DNA of 64,000 bases from an uncultured Candidatus Rokubacteria bacterium (GCA_963708025.1 CAVPSB010000015.1:128001-192000); one strand, 5' to 3'; positions 1 through 10,576 are shown, numbered from the stretch's first letter. Numbers and translations are program-made. The notes: generated from the sequence alone by a model not told the origin.

Positions 1-2
1 AC

Positions 3-272
3 GGCGCGACCATCTACTCGACGATGCGACCGTGCTTCGGCTGCACCAAGGAGATGCTCCAGGCGAGGATCGTGGAGGTGTACTTCCTTCACGACTGGGC
101 CCCTCCGGATCAGGACCCGGAAAAGCAGACGCAGTATGCCCTGATCCAGGGCCGCTTCCCCGGCGGGATCCGTCACCTCGACGTTCCCGATCCCGACGCC
201 GACTGGGCCGTCTCGAGGCGCCGCGAATCGGGCAAGGGACGGACCGACGAGCTTGGCCACACATCGTTGTGA
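3..272 (+). CDS. dCMP/cytidine deaminase family protein, C-terminal part (5' end outside window)
   Basis: GATIYSTMRPCFGCTK contains the PCxxC zinc motif of deoxycytidylate deaminases. Confidence 0.8.
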   Translation, partial: GATIYSTMRPCFGCTKEMLQARIVEVYFLHDWAPPDQDPEKQTQYALIQGRFPGGIRHLDVPDPDADWAVSRRRESGKGRTDELGHTSL

Positions 273-364
273 GAGCAGTCGAAGACATCTGCTGCTCAGA
301 TGACGGGCGCCATCGCGTTCCAGGAGAGCCAGCGAGCGGCGGCCGACCCTCCACGGGGGGAGCG

Positions 365-1498
365 ATGAGGTACGGCTTCTTCACCACGCTGGCCGAGCCG
401 GACAACAAGCGGCCCTACTCGCAGATCCTCCGGGACCTGCGCGAGCAGACGGTCTTCTGCGACCAGGCCGGATTCGAGACCGTCTGGCTGGCCGAGCACC
501 ACTTCGGCCCGGAGGGCATGGGCAACATCCCCAACCCGGTCCTCATCGCCGCCGACCTCGGCCCGCGCACCCGGCGGGTCCGCTTCGGGATGTGCGCGGT
601 CATCCTGCCCTGGTGGCATCCCATCCGCCTGGCCGAGGACCTGGCGACGCTCGATCACCTCCTGGAGGGCCGGCTCGACGTCGCCGTCGGCCGCGGCGTG
701 TGGCCGCGCGAGGGCCCGAACTTCCACCCCAAGGCCGATCCGCGGAACCCCGACGCCAACATGGAGCTGTTCCGGGAGACTCTGGACGTCCTCCGGAAGT
801 GCTGGACCGAGGAGTTCTTCGCCCACGAGGGGCCGAGCTACACCTTCCCGGCCGCGAGCACCCGGTGGAGCCACCCCATGTTCCCGGCCGATCCCCGCTG
901 GCGCGACGGCGACCGCGTGATCCGGCTGAACGTGGTGCCGCGCCCGTACCAGCGCCCGCACCCGCCGCTCTGGCAGGTGTGCTCGAGCCAGTCGTCGATC
1001 GAGTTCGCGGCCCGGAACGCGATCGACGCGCTGGTGTGGCAGCCCCCGCCGAAGGCGATCCGCCACTTCGGCCAGATGTACGCGCAGTACCGGGCCGAGG
1101 CCGAGGGCCGCCCGGTCGACCCGAAGCGGCACCTCGGCGTGCTGCGCCAGGTCTACGTCGCGCCGACCATGGAGCAGGCGCAGCGCGAGGCGCGCGACAG
1201 CGCGTCCTTCGTCTTCCTCTACAACAACCCCTTCCGCGGCCTCGCGATGTTCATGAACCCCGGCGAGCAGCCGGAGCCCGGCATGAAGATGGGTTACGAC
1301 TTCCTCGTCGAGCGGGGCAACATCATGGTGGGGTCGCCGGACTACGTGGTGGAGCGGCTCGAGGAGCTGCGCGAGGTGGCCGGCGTGGACTACGTGCTGG
1401 CCGACATGGCGCTGCCCTACATGGGCCAGCGCCAGATCCTCGCCAGCATGGAGCTGTTCGCGACCAAGGTCATGCCGCGGCTCGCCGCCGGCGCCTGA
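365..1498 (+). CDS. LLM-class (luciferase-like) flavin-dependent oxidoreductase
   Basis: VWLAEHHF, PIRLAEDLATLDHL, PRPYQRPHPPLW, LFATKVMP motifs; ATG 365 after GGGGGAG. Confidence 0.9.
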   Translation: MRYGFFTTLAEPDNKRPYSQILRDLREQTVFCDQAGFETVWLAEHHFGPEGMGNIPNPVLIAADLGPRTRRVRFGMCAVILPWWHPIRLAEDLATLDHLLEGRLDVAVGRGVWPREGPNFHPKADPRNPDANMELFRETLDVLRKCWTEEFFAHEGPSYTFPAASTRWSHPMFPADPRWRDGDRVIRLNVVPRPYQRPHPPLWQVCSSQSSIEFAARNAIDALVWQPPPKAIRHFGQMYAQYRAEAEGRPVDPKRHLGVLRQVYVAPTMEQAQREARDSASFVFLYNNPFRGLAMFMNPGEQPEPGMKMGYDFLVERGNIMVGSPDYVVERLEELREVAGVDYVLADMALPYMGQRQILASMELFATKVMPRLAAGA

Positions 1499-1514
1499 TC
1501 CGGCCGGAAAGGCA

Positions 1515-2299
1515 TCAACCCGGCGTCACGAACTCCTCGACGAGCCGCGCCACCGCTCCGGCGCCTCGATCAGGAGCGAGTGGCGGAGCCCCGGCAGGAC
1601 GTGGAGCCGCGAGCCCGGGATCCGCTCGTGCATCAGCCGGGCCAAGCGCGGGCTCGAGCCCACGTCGCCCTCGCCGGTGACGATCAGCGTCGGGGCCTGG
1701 ATGCGGCCGAGCTCGCCGGCGAGGTCCGTCGTCGCCAGGACCCGGTAGGCCGCCGCGTAGCAGCGGGGGTCGTTCTCCATGTTGCGGGCCGCGTAGCGCT
1801 CGATCAGCTCGGGGTTCCTCCGCCGGAACTCGTCCGAGAACCAGCGCCCGACCGAGCGCCGGAAGTGCTCCCCGGGGATGCCGTCCTGGACGAGGGCGAG
1901 CCGCTCGAGGACGCGCTGCCGCTCCTCCTCGGTGCGGCCGCCGGCGGTGCTGAGCAGGACGAGCCGGTTCACCCGCTCGGGGGCGTCGAGGGCGAGCCGC
2001 TGGGCCACCATGCCGCCGAGCGAGTGGCCCGCCACGTGGCAGCGGGCGAGGCCGAGGTGATCGAGCAGCGCCAGGGCGTCCTCGGCGAACAGCTCGACCG
2101 AGTACGGCCCCGGCGCCTTCGACGACTCGCCGTGGCCACGCAGGTCGTGGCGGATCGTCGTCAGCCGGCCGCCCAGGGCCGCCACCACCCCGTCCCAGTT
2201 GTCGAGCCGCGCCCCGACCCCGTGGATCAGCAAGAGGGGTGGGCCGCTCCCCTCGACGACGTAGGCGGTGTCGACGCCGCTCCGCGCGAAGGAGCTCAC
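1515..2299 (-). CDS. Alpha/beta hydrolase (3-oxoadipate enol-lactonase-like); 1-bp frameshift near 1553
   Basis: LLIHGVG, HDLRGHGES, GHSLGG nucleophile elbow; GTG overlaps ligase stop; adding one G restores ERVARLVEEFVTPG*. Confidence 0.85.
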
Positions 2300-3816
2300 G
2301 CGCGCTCGGCCGGGCCGGCCGCGCGCTCGCGCAGGATCCGCTTCAGGATCTTCCCCGACGCGCTCTTCGGCAGCTCGTCCACGAACGCCCAGGCCCGCGG
2401 CACCTTGTAGCCGGCGAGGTGCCGGCGACAGTAAGCGTCCAGCTCGTCGCCGGTCGGCCCGGTGCCGGGCCGGCGGACGACGAAGGCCCGGGCGATCTCC
2501 CCCTTGACCGCGTCCGGCATCCCGACGACCGCGCACTCGCCGACCGCCGGGTGGCGGTAGAGCACCTCTTCCACCTCGCGCGGCCAGATCTTGAAGCCGG
2601 CCGTGTTGACCATGTCCTTCACGCGGTCCACCAGGTACAGATAGCCGTCGTCGTCCGTGTAGCCGACGTCGCCGGTGTGGAACCACCCGCCCCGCATGGC
2701 CACCCGGGTCTCCTCGGGCCGGTTCCAGTAGCCGAGCATCACGTTCGGTCCGCGGAAGATCACCTCACCCCAGGCCCCCGGCCGGACGTCGCGGTCCTCT
2801 TCGTCCACGACGCGCATCTCGACCATGTCCACCGGCGTGCCCACCGAGCCGGGCCGATACTCGTGCTCGTGGTTGAACGTGGCGGCCGGCGAGGTCTCGG
2901 TCAGGCCGTAGCCCTCGACGATGGTCTGCCCGTAGCTGTCGCGCCAGCGGCGCGCGATCTCCACCGGCATGGTGGCGGCGGCCGACTTGTAGAGGCGCAC
3001 GCTGGCCACCGCCTCCGGCCGGATCCCGGCCTCGAGGAGGGTGATGTAGATGGTCGGCACGCCGGTCATGACCGTGACCCGGTGCTCCTCGATGGCCGCC
3101 ACGCAGCGCCCGGCGTCGAAGCGGCGGTGGAGCACGAGCGTCGAGCCGGCGTTGAAGCCGGCGTTCATCAGGACGTTCTGGGCCGCCACGTGGAACAGCG
3201 GCAGGCAGACGAGCAGGCGGTCCGCCGGTCCCATGCGCATGTAGCGGTTGACCGCGAACAGGTTGGAGAGGATGTTGCCGTGGCTCAGGGTCGCGCCCTT
3301 CTGGCGGCCCGTCGTCCCCGAGGTGTAGAGGATGGCCGCCGGCGCCGCCGGGTCCCGGTCGCACGCCCGGAGGTCCCCGGGCCGGCCGGCGCCGAAGGCC
3401 TCCAGCGTGGGCAGCCCGTCCACCTCGCCCTCGCAGATCACCACGCGGTCGCGGCGGAGCCCGTCGCCCACGAGCGGCGCCAGCCGGGGCCACGCGGCCT
3501 CGACCGTGAAGAGCGCGCCGGCGCCGGAGTCGGCCAGGAGGTACGCCAGCTCCTCGGTCGTCAGCATGACGTTGACCGACACCGCGACGGCGCCGAGCTT
3601 CTGGATGGCCGCGTAGGCGATCGCGAAGGCCGGGATGTTCGGCAGACACAGGGCCACGCGGTCGCCCGGCCGGACGCCCCAGGCCGCCAGCCCGTGCGCC
3701 GCGCGACTGGCCGCCGCGTTCAGCTCGCGGTAGTCGAGGCGCCGATCCTCGAACAGGATGGCCGGCTTGTCCGGGAAGTAGCGCGCGGCGCGCTCCAGCG
3801 CGTGGGCGACGTTCAC
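2296..3816 (-). CDS. Long-chain acyl/aryl-CoA ligase (AMP-binding)
   Basis: YTSGTTGRQKG, EGYGLTET, FHTGD, LPKSASGKILK. Confidence 0.92.
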   Translation of the reverse strand: MNVAHALERAARYFPDKPAILFEDRRLDYRELNAAASRAAHGLAAWGVRPGDRVALCLPNIPAFAIAYAAIQKLGAVAVSVNVMLTTEELAYLLADSGAGALFTVEAAWPRLAPLVGDGLRRDRVVICEGEVDGLPTLEAFGAGRPGDLRACDRDPAAPAAILYTSGTTGRQKGATLSHGNILSNLFAVNRYMRMGPADRLLVCLPLFHVAAQNVLMNAGFNAGSTLVLHRRFDAGRCVAAIEEHRVTVMTGVPTIYITLLEAGIRPEAVASVRLYKSAAATMPVEIARRWRDSYGQTIVEGYGLTETSPAATFNHEHEYRPGSVGTPVDMVEMRVVDEEDRDVRPGAWGEVIFRGPNVMLGYWNRPEETRVAMRGGWFHTGDVGYTDDDGYLYLVDRVKDMVNTAGFKIWPREVEEVLYRHPAVGECAVVGMPDAVKGEIARAFVVRRPGTGPTGDELDAYCRRHLAGYKVPRAWAFVDELPKSASGKILKRILRERAAGPAERA

Positions 3817-3850
3817 GGTCCTCGTCCTCTCTCGTGGTCGCGACCGGCCC

Positions 3851-3880
3851 TTGACAGATCCGGCAGCCGTCCGCTATACG
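3851..3880 (+). promoter_or_regulatory. Sigma70-type promoter, probably leaderless, for the decarboxylase
   Basis: TTGACA-18 nt-TATACG, 8 nt before ATG 3889, no SD. Confidence 0.55.
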
Positions 3881-3888
3881 CAAGCCCC

Positions 3889-4924
3889 ATGAGCGACACG
3901 CCGGGCTATCGACGCATCGCCACCGAGGAGGCGTTCGCGCCCCCCGAGATCCTCGCGCGCTATCGGGCCCTCATCGAAGCGCAGCCCTCGGCGGATCCGG
4001 GGTTCACGAGCCTGTGGGGATTCTATCTGGGCCAGAGCCCCCGCGCCACCCAGCTCGTCGAGCGCCTCACCGACCTCGGCGAGCGACGCCTCTCGGACAT
4101 GGACGCGAGCGGGATCGCCACCCAGCTCATCTTCCTGACGGCGCCGGGCGTTCAGGTCTTCGACGCCGCCACCGGCGCCGCCCTGGCGCGGTCGAGCAAC
4201 GACCAGCTCGCGGAGGCGGTGCGCCGGCACCCCGCGCGGTTCGCCGGGCTGGCGGCCATCGCGCCCCAGGACCCGCGCGGGGCGGCCGCGGAGCTCGAGC
4301 GGGGCGTCCGGACCCTGGGGCTGAAGGGCGCCGTCATCAACTCCCACATCCGCGGCGAGTACCTGGACGATCCGAGGTTCTGGGAGATCTTCGAGGCCGC
4401 TGAGGCGCTGAACGTCCCCATCTACCTGCATCCCAACGCCCTGCCGCCGGCGATGGTCCGGCCGTTCCTGGAGGGCGGTCTCGACGGCGCCATCTACGGC
4501 TTCGCGGTCGAGACCGGCCTGCACATGCTGCGGATCATCGTGAGCGGCGTCTTCGATCGGTTTCCCGGCCTGCGGCTCGTCGTCGGCCACCTGGGCGAGG
4601 CCATCCCGTTCTGGCTCTCCCGGGTCGAACTTCATGCATCGGGCCTACGTGGCGGCCGGCCGGTACGAGCGCATGAAGTCGTTGAAGCGGAAGCCCAGTG
4701 ACTACGTGAAGGAGAACTTCCACGTCACGACCAGCGGCGTGGCCTGGGAGCCGGCGATCATGTTCGCCCTGTCGGTGCTGGGATCCGACCGGGTACTCTA
4801 CGCGATGGACTATCCCTACCAGTACGTTCCGGACGAGGTGGAGGTGATCGACGCGCTGCCGATCAGCGATCTCGACAAGAAAAAGCTCTACCAGCTCAAC
4901 GCCGAGCGCGTCTTCTCCCTCTAG
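3889..4924 (+). CDS. ligW: Amidohydrolase-2 family decarboxylase, LigW (5-carboxyvanillate decarboxylase)-like; frameshift at ~4628
   Basis: RIATEEAF, PIYLHP, GHLGEAIPFW, TTSGVAWEPAI, YAMDYPYQY; removing one A gives SRVDFMHR joining both ORFs. Confidence 0.8.
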
Positions 4925-5527
4925 GCGAGGTTCGCGAATAGCTCGTCGATCGACACGCCCCAGCCGGGCAGAACGCGCGAAGCGGCCGATTCACCCGGCC
5001 CGTAGCGCCTCACTTCCCACGCCGGCGCTCCCGGTCCGGTGACCGCATGGCGGACCTCGACCGTCGTCGTGTCCGGGTCCACCAGCCACAGCTCCCGCAC
5101 GCCCAGGGCCAGGTACGTGTCCGCCTTCGTGGTGCGGTCGTAGGCGGCGGTGCTGGCCGAGAGGTACTCGAACACCACGTCGGCCGACCGGCGCCGGTCG
5201 GGCATGCGCGCCAGCAGGGTGGCCGACACGTACATCATGTCGGGCTCCAGGTACGTGTCGTTCGACGTAGATCGGTGCGCGTGGATGCAGCACCTCCCCG
5301 GCGACGCCGTGAGTCAGGAGGAAGCCAACGAGTGACGCGTTCAACCGGGCATCGAGGCGATCGTGAGGGGGATCGGGCGGCGGAACCATGAAGAGGGTGC
5401 CTCCGATCAGCTCGTAGCGGACGCGCCCACCCGGATCCGGCAGCGCCCACAACTCCGCCAGCGAATACCGGCGCAGCAGCGGGGAGAAAACCGCGGATCG
5501 AGGGGTGCCCTTGTCGAGGACGGTCAT
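4921..5527 (-). CDS. Uma2 family (PD-(D/E)xK) endonuclease; frameshift at ~5262
   Basis: RYELIGGTLFMVPPP..H, EPD, VFEYLSAST..YDRTTK..Y...GVRELWLVDP. Confidence 0.85.
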
Positions 5528-5614
5528 CGTGGCGCTCGCATGCTCGAGACCCGCCTGGACGAAGTATAGCACCCGGGTAGCAGCGGAGCCGGAGGCCGTA
5601 TCATCGAGCCGGGC

Positions 5615-6421
5615 ATGTCAGGCGTGCTGATCGTCAGGGACGCCGTCGAGGTGGCTCGCTACGGGGCGTTCGCTCCCGATCGTCCGGAGTGGGTGGACGT
5701 GCGCGGCGCCCTGCTGGGCGGACGATCGGTGGTCGTCCCCGGTGGGCGCCGCGGGGATTTCGCCCTGTGCGCGCCGGACGCGGCGTTCGTCGGGGTCGTC
5801 GGCCAGCCCGAGCGGCGCACCCTGGAGACCGCGCTCGCGCTCGCCGAGTCGGCGGGAAAGCCCGTCCCGGTGCTCGCGGTCGAGCCGGCCACGGCGGAGG
5901 CCGTTCACGGTCTGCTCGGCGACTGGACGTCCACGCCGGCCATCATGCACACGCGGAGCCTTTCGGCCGCGGGGCCGACCGGGGCCGACCTGGGGTGGCT
6001 CGAAGCGTCGCGTCCCGTCGATCCCGCGCTCCTCGCCCACGTGCCGGACGCGTTGCGGCGGGAGCTGCTGACCGCGGCACGGTTCGGTCCCATCGCATAC
6101 GCGCGGGCGGAGGACCGGGCCGTGTCGTTCGCGTATGCGCCCTGGCTGACCGAGCGCTGGTTCGACCTCTCCGTCGATACCCTCGAAGCCTACCGGCGCC
6201 GCGGCCTGGCGGTCGCCTGCGTGGAAGCCCTGGTCGCCCGGATCCGGGCGACGGGGCGGGAGCCCGTGTGGGGCGCGCTGGCGGACAACGAGGCGTCGCT
6301 AGGGCTGGCCGGGCGGCTCGGGTTCGCGCCGGTGGCGGAGACCGCCATCTTCCGCCGCCGGGCGGCTCCCGGGCCCCCGACAACCCACGTAACGTTGGAT
6401 AATCTTCCAGCGATCGGGTAG
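5615..6421 (+). CDS. GNAT family N-acetyltransferase
   Basis: VDTLEAYRRRGLA acetyl-CoA motif; NEASLGLAGRLGF. Confidence 0.8.
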   Translation: MSGVLIVRDAVEVARYGAFAPDRPEWVDVRGALLGGRSVVVPGGRRGDFALCAPDAAFVGVVGQPERRTLETALALAESAGKPVPVLAVEPATAEAVHGLLGDWTSTPAIMHTRSLSAAGPTGADLGWLEASRPVDPALLAHVPDALRRELLTAARFGPIAYARAEDRAVSFAYAPWLTERWFDLSVDTLEAYRRRGLAVACVEALVARIRATGREPVWGALADNEASLGLAGRLGFAPVAETAIFRRRAAPGPPTTHVTLDNLPAIG

Positions 6422-6461
6422 GCTCGCGAAGACAGGCACACCACCGCAGAATGCAGAGATA

Positions 6462-7526
6462 ATGGGTTCGCCCACGGGCGCACGGGACGCTCTCGTCAGC
6501 GTGATCATCCCGACGTACAATCGGGCCGCCCTCCTGCCGGACGCCGTTCGCTCGGCGCTCGGCCAGGATCACCGGAGCCTCGAGGTGATCCTCCTCGACG
6601 ACGAGTCCACGGACGAGACGCCCGGCGTCACGGCAGCCCTGGCCGCCGCCGATCCGCGGGTCCGCGCGTACCGGCACGAGAACGTGGGCCAGTCGGCGAC
6701 GGTGAACCGCGGCCTCGAGCTCGCCCGGGGCGAGGTCGCCATCATGCTGTCCGACGACGATCTGCTCTGTCCCGAGGCGGTGTCGCGGGGAGTGGCGGCC
6801 CTCGAGGCCCACCCGGAGGCGGTGGTGGCCTTCGGCGACCTCGAGCTGATCGACCTCGACGGCCGGCACGTCCGTCTCCACCGGGGGTCACCGACGACGG
6901 TGGACGCGATCCTCGGCGATCACGAGCACGACATCGGGGTCGGGGCGGCGTTCCGCACCGCGGCGGCCCGCCGCGCAGGCGGATGGAACCCGCGCTTCCA
7001 TCACGTGCCCGACCTCGATTTCTGGCTGCGGATGGGATTGCTCGGAGGCTTCGTGTACGTGCCGGAGCTGTTCGGGTGGTGGCGCACCCACCCCGGGCAG
7101 ATTACCGCGCACGCGACGGATCCGCGCTGCGCGGCCGAGCACGTCGAGGTCGTCGAGCAGTTCCTCGCGCGTGACGACCTGCCGGCCTCGCTGGCCACGC
7201 TGGCGCCCCGAGCCCGGGCCAGTGCCCACCTGGTCGCGGCCAGCGTGCTCGACCCCTCGCTGTCGGCGCAGGATCGGCGCTTCTACGTCCTGGACCGCCA
7301 TTCGGTGGCGCGCGGCGAGAGTGGCCACCGGGGTACGCCTGACGATGCAATGGCCCGGCTCGCGAGGATCGCCGACGAGCGGCTGGGTGTCATCGACGTG
7401 CTCGACCGGGCGGCGAAGGAGCGACTCGACCTCATTCACCGCCTCGAGGCCGAGCTGCTCGCCGAGCGGGCCGAGACCGCGCGGCTGCGCGCGAGGCGCG
7501 GCGCCCGATGGTGGACGCGTGGGTGA
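6462..7526 (+). CDS. Glycosyltransferase family 2 with C-terminal coiled coil
   Basis: VSVIIPTYNRA, LDDESTD, LSDDD; tail RLARIADERL..LDRAAKERL..LEAEL..WW. Confidence 0.88.
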   Translation: MGSPTGARDALVSVIIPTYNRAALLPDAVRSALGQDHRSLEVILLDDESTDETPGVTAALAAADPRVRAYRHENVGQSATVNRGLELARGEVAIMLSDDDLLCPEAVSRGVAALEAHPEAVVAFGDLELIDLDGRHVRLHRGSPTTVDAILGDHEHDIGVGAAFRTAAARRAGGWNPRFHHVPDLDFWLRMGLLGGFVYVPELFGWWRTHPGQITAHATDPRCAAEHVEVVEQFLARDDLPASLATLAPRARASAHLVAASVLDPSLSAQDRRFYVLDRHSVARGESGHRGTPDDAMARLARIADERLGVIDVLDRAAKERLDLIHRLEAELLAERAETARLRARRGARWWTRG

Positions 7527-8403
7527 CCGAATCCTCGTGCTCGGGGGGTCGGGGATGGCTGGTCACAAGCTGTGGCAAGTGCTGACCGGACGGGGTCACG
7601 AGGTGTTCGCCACCGTGCGTGGTAAGCTCTCCGGCGCTGCCGCCGCCGTCCTCGTGCGCCGCCAGGCGATCGAGCACGTCGACGCCGCGACCGAGGGCGG
7701 GCTCGTGCGGGCCTTCGCCGCCGCCCGGCCGGCGGTGGTGGTGAACGCCGTCGGGGTCGTGAAGCAGCGCCCCGAGGCGTCCGGGGCGGCCGGAATCGAG
7801 ATGAATGCCCTCCTGCCGCACCGCCTGGCCGCGCTCTGCGGCGTGAGCGGCGCCCGGCTGGTGCACCTGTCGACCGACTGCGTCTTCTCCGGCGCCCGGG
7901 CGGGCGGAGGCTATCGAGAGGACGACCTCCCCGACCCGTGGGACCGCTACGGGCTGGCGAAGCTGCTCGGCGAGGTCACCGGCCCGGGGCGCCTCACGCT
8001 CCGGACCTCGATCATCGGCCGCGAGCTGGCCGGGGGACACGGGCTCCTCGAATGGCTCCGGTCCCGTCGAGGCGGCGAGGCCCCCGGGTGGCGACGCTCC
8101 GTGTTCAGCGGCGTCACGACGGCCACGCTGGCCGAGGCCGTGGCCGACGTCGTGGAGAAGCATCCCGATCTCGAGGGGATCCACCATCTCGCCGGTCCGC
8201 GCACCGACAAGGCGTCGCTGCTCGAGCTGCTGTCGCGGCGGCTCGAGCTCCACGTCCGGATCATTCCCGAGGATGGCCCATCGGTGGACCGGTCGCTCGA
8301 CGGGTCGCGCTTCTGCGCACTGACCGGCTGGCAGGCTCCCGACTGGGAGGTGATGTCGGAGCGCCTGGCCGCTGACCCGACGCCGTACTCGGACCGACCA
8401 TGA
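7519..8403 (+). CDS. RmlD-like NDP-4-keto-6-deoxy sugar reductase (WbvR/QnlA-like)
   Basis: ILVLGGSGMAG, HLSTDCVFSG, YGLAK, LRTSIIG. Confidence 0.85.
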   Translation: MGDRILVLGGSGMAGHKLWQVLTGRGHEVFATVRGKLSGAAAAVLVRRQAIEHVDAATEGGLVRAFAAARPAVVVNAVGVVKQRPEASGAAGIEMNALLPHRLAALCGVSGARLVHLSTDCVFSGARAGGGYREDDLPDPWDRYGLAKLLGEVTGPGRLTLRTSIIGRELAGGHGLLEWLRSRRGGEAPGWRRSVFSGVTTATLAEAVADVVEKHPDLEGIHHLAGPRTDKASLLELLSRRLELHVRIIPEDGPSVDRSLDGSRFCALTGWQAPDWEVMSERLAADPTPYSDRP

Positions 8404-9449
8404 CGGCGGGGGCGCGCCTCGAAGGGGCGCACGTGGTCGTGACCGGAGGCACGGGCTCCCTCGGGAACGCGCTCGTCCGTCGTCTGCTGGCCGGCGAGCT
8501 GGGTCTGCCCGACCGGGTCACGGTCATGTCGCGCGACGAGGCCAAGCAGACGGAGATGCGCCTGCGGTTCGCGAATCGGTCGGTGGCAACCGACGACGAG
8601 CTGTACTACGCACGCGGACGGCTGAGATTCCGGGTCGGCGACATTCGCGACCCGGCGACCGTCGCCGCGACGCTGCGCGGCGCCGACGTGGTCGTCTGCG
8701 CGGCGGCCCTCAAGCAGGTTCCGGCCTGCGAGTACGCGCCGCTGGAGGCCGTGCGCACCAACGTGCTCGGCACCGAGAACATCGTCCGCGCCATCGGCGA
8801 GCATGGGCTTGCGGTGCGGACGGTGGTGGGCATCTCGACCGACAAGGCGTGCAAGCCGATCAACGTCATGGGCATGACCAAGGCACTCCAGGAGCGCGTG
8901 CTCCAGCACGCCAATCTCGAGGTGCCGGCCACCCGGTTCGTGATCGTCCGCTACGGGAATGTCCTCGCCTCGCGCGGGTCGGTGGTGCCGCTGTTCCTCG
9001 ACCAGGTGCGCCGGGGAGGCCCGCTCACGCTCACCGACCCGCGGATGACGCGCTTCCTGATGACCCTCGACCTCGCGGTGGACACGGTGTTCAGCGCGCT
9101 CGGCTGGGCGGCCCCGGCCGAGGTCGTGGTGCCGCGAGCCCCGTCGGCCCGCGTGGTCGACATCGCTCGCGCGCTCATTGGCGACCGCGCGATCCCGATC
9201 GAGACCATCGGCATCCGCCCGGGCGAGAAGCTCCACGAGATCCTCGTCAGCGAGGAGGAGAGCCCGCGGACGATCGAGCGCGACGGCTACCTCGTGATCC
9301 GGCCGCTCCTGCCGGAGCTGCGGGGCCCGGCGGCCACCGGGCCACCATTCGCCGGGACCGAGTACGGGTCGGCCGACGATCCGATGGAAGTCGGCGCGGT
9401 GTGCCGGCTGCTGGAGCAACACGGCCTCCGGGTGGCGGCGCCTCCGTGA
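8400..9449 (+). CDS. UDP-GlcNAc 4,6-dehydratase/5-epimerase (FnlA/WbjB/CapE family)
   Basis: VTGGTGSLG, SRDEAKQ, AAALKQVPACE, STDKA, RYGNVLASRGSVVP, GIRPGEKLHE. Confidence 0.9.
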   Translation: MTAGARLEGAHVVVTGGTGSLGNALVRRLLAGELGLPDRVTVMSRDEAKQTEMRLRFANRSVATDDELYYARGRLRFRVGDIRDPATVAATLRGADVVVCAAALKQVPACEYAPLEAVRTNVLGTENIVRAIGEHGLAVRTVVGISTDKACKPINVMGMTKALQERVLQHANLEVPATRFVIVRYGNVLASRGSVVPLFLDQVRRGGPLTLTDPRMTRFLMTLDLAVDTVFSALGWAAPAEVVVPRAPSARVVDIARALIGDRAIPIETIGIRPGEKLHEILVSEEESPRTIERDGYLVIRPLLPELRGPAATGPPFAGTEYGSADDPMEVGAVCRLLEQHGLRVAAPP

Positions 9450-10537
9450 AAGTCCTCACCGTCCTCGGCACGCGTCCGGAGATCATCCGCCTGTCGCGGA
9501 TCGTCGCGCGCCTCGACGAGCTCTGCCATCACGTGCTCGTCCACACCGGACAGAACGTCGATCCGGCGCTGTCCAAGGTTTTCTTCGACGAGCTCGGCCT
9601 GCGCACCCCGGACGTGCACCTGGCCATGGCCGGCGAGGGGTTCGCCGAGCGCATCGGCGCGTTGCTGGGCCCGTTCGCCCGGACGCTGGCCACCGAGCGC
9701 CCCGACCGCGTGCTCGTGCTCGGCGACACTGACAGCGGGGTGGCCGCGTTCGTGGCCGCCCGGCTCGGCGTGCCCGTTGCGCACCTCGAGGCGGGCAACC
9801 GCTGCTTCGACGTCCGGGTGCCCGAGGAGGTCAACCGCCGGCTGATCGACCACTGCAGCGACCTGCTGTTGCCGTACACCGAGCGCAGCCGGTCTCACCT
9901 GCTCGCCGAGGGCATCTCCTCCGCGCGGATCCTGGTGGTCGGCAACCCGATCGGCGAGGTGATGGCGGCGTGTCGCTCGATGATCGACGCGAGCGCCGTG
10001 CTCGACCGGCTCGGGCTCCAGCGGGGCGGGTTCGTGGTGGCGACCGCGCATCGCCAGGAGAACGTGGACCACCGGGAGCGACTGGCGGCGATCGTCAAGG
10101 CCCTGGAGGCGGTGGCCGTGGACACCGGTCTCCCGGTCGTGGTGAGCGTCCACCCGCGGACTCGCGCCCGACTGCGGGAGGCGGGAATCGCCGGAGCCGG
10201 GTCGGTGCGCTGGTGCGATCCGTTCGGCTTTCCCGACTTTGTCCGGCTCACGCGCGACGCCGCCCTCGTGCTCACCGACAGCGGCACCGTGCAGGAGGAG
10301 GCCTGCCTGCTCGGGGTGCCGGCGGTGACGCTCCGCGACACGACCGAGCGACCCGAGACGGTCGAGTGTGGGTCGAACGTGCTCGCCGGGGTCGAACCGG
10401 ACGCCGTGCGGCGAGCGACCCGGCTCGCACTCTCCCGGGGTCGCAACTGGGCGCCCCCCGCCGAGTACCTCCGACCGCACGTGGCCGACACGGTGGCCTC
10501 CGCCGTGCTCGGACCATGGCCGACGCGGCCCGGCTGA
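9446..10537 (+). CDS. UDP-N-acetylhexosamine 2-epimerase, non-hydrolysing (WbjD/FnlC/QnlB family)
   Basis: VLGTRPEIIRLS, HTGQN, HLEAGNRCFD..PEEVNR, TDSGTVQEE, TERPE. Confidence 0.9.
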   Translation: MKVLTVLGTRPEIIRLSRIVARLDELCHHVLVHTGQNVDPALSKVFFDELGLRTPDVHLAMAGEGFAERIGALLGPFARTLATERPDRVLVLGDTDSGVAAFVAARLGVPVAHLEAGNRCFDVRVPEEVNRRLIDHCSDLLLPYTERSRSHLLAEGISSARILVVGNPIGEVMAACRSMIDASAVLDRLGLQRGGFVVATAHRQENVDHRERLAAIVKALEAVAVDTGLPVVVSVHPRTRARLREAGIAGAGSVRWCDPFGFPDFVRLTRDAALVLTDSGTVQEEACLLGVPAVTLRDTTERPETVECGSNVLAGVEPDAVRRATRLALSRGRNWAPPAEYLRPHVADTVASAVLGPWPTRPG

Positions 10538-10576
10538 CTCCTGCGCGAGGCCCCCGGCCTTCGGGGTCTCCCGACC

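Noticed and set aside
2239-4701. 820-aa ORF as a fusion protein
   Set aside because: N-terminal part is the antisense shadow of the CoA ligase; real start is 3889
4921-5527. Uma2 as part of a defence system
   Set aside because: Solitary gene of a commonly expanded family; no partner defence genes
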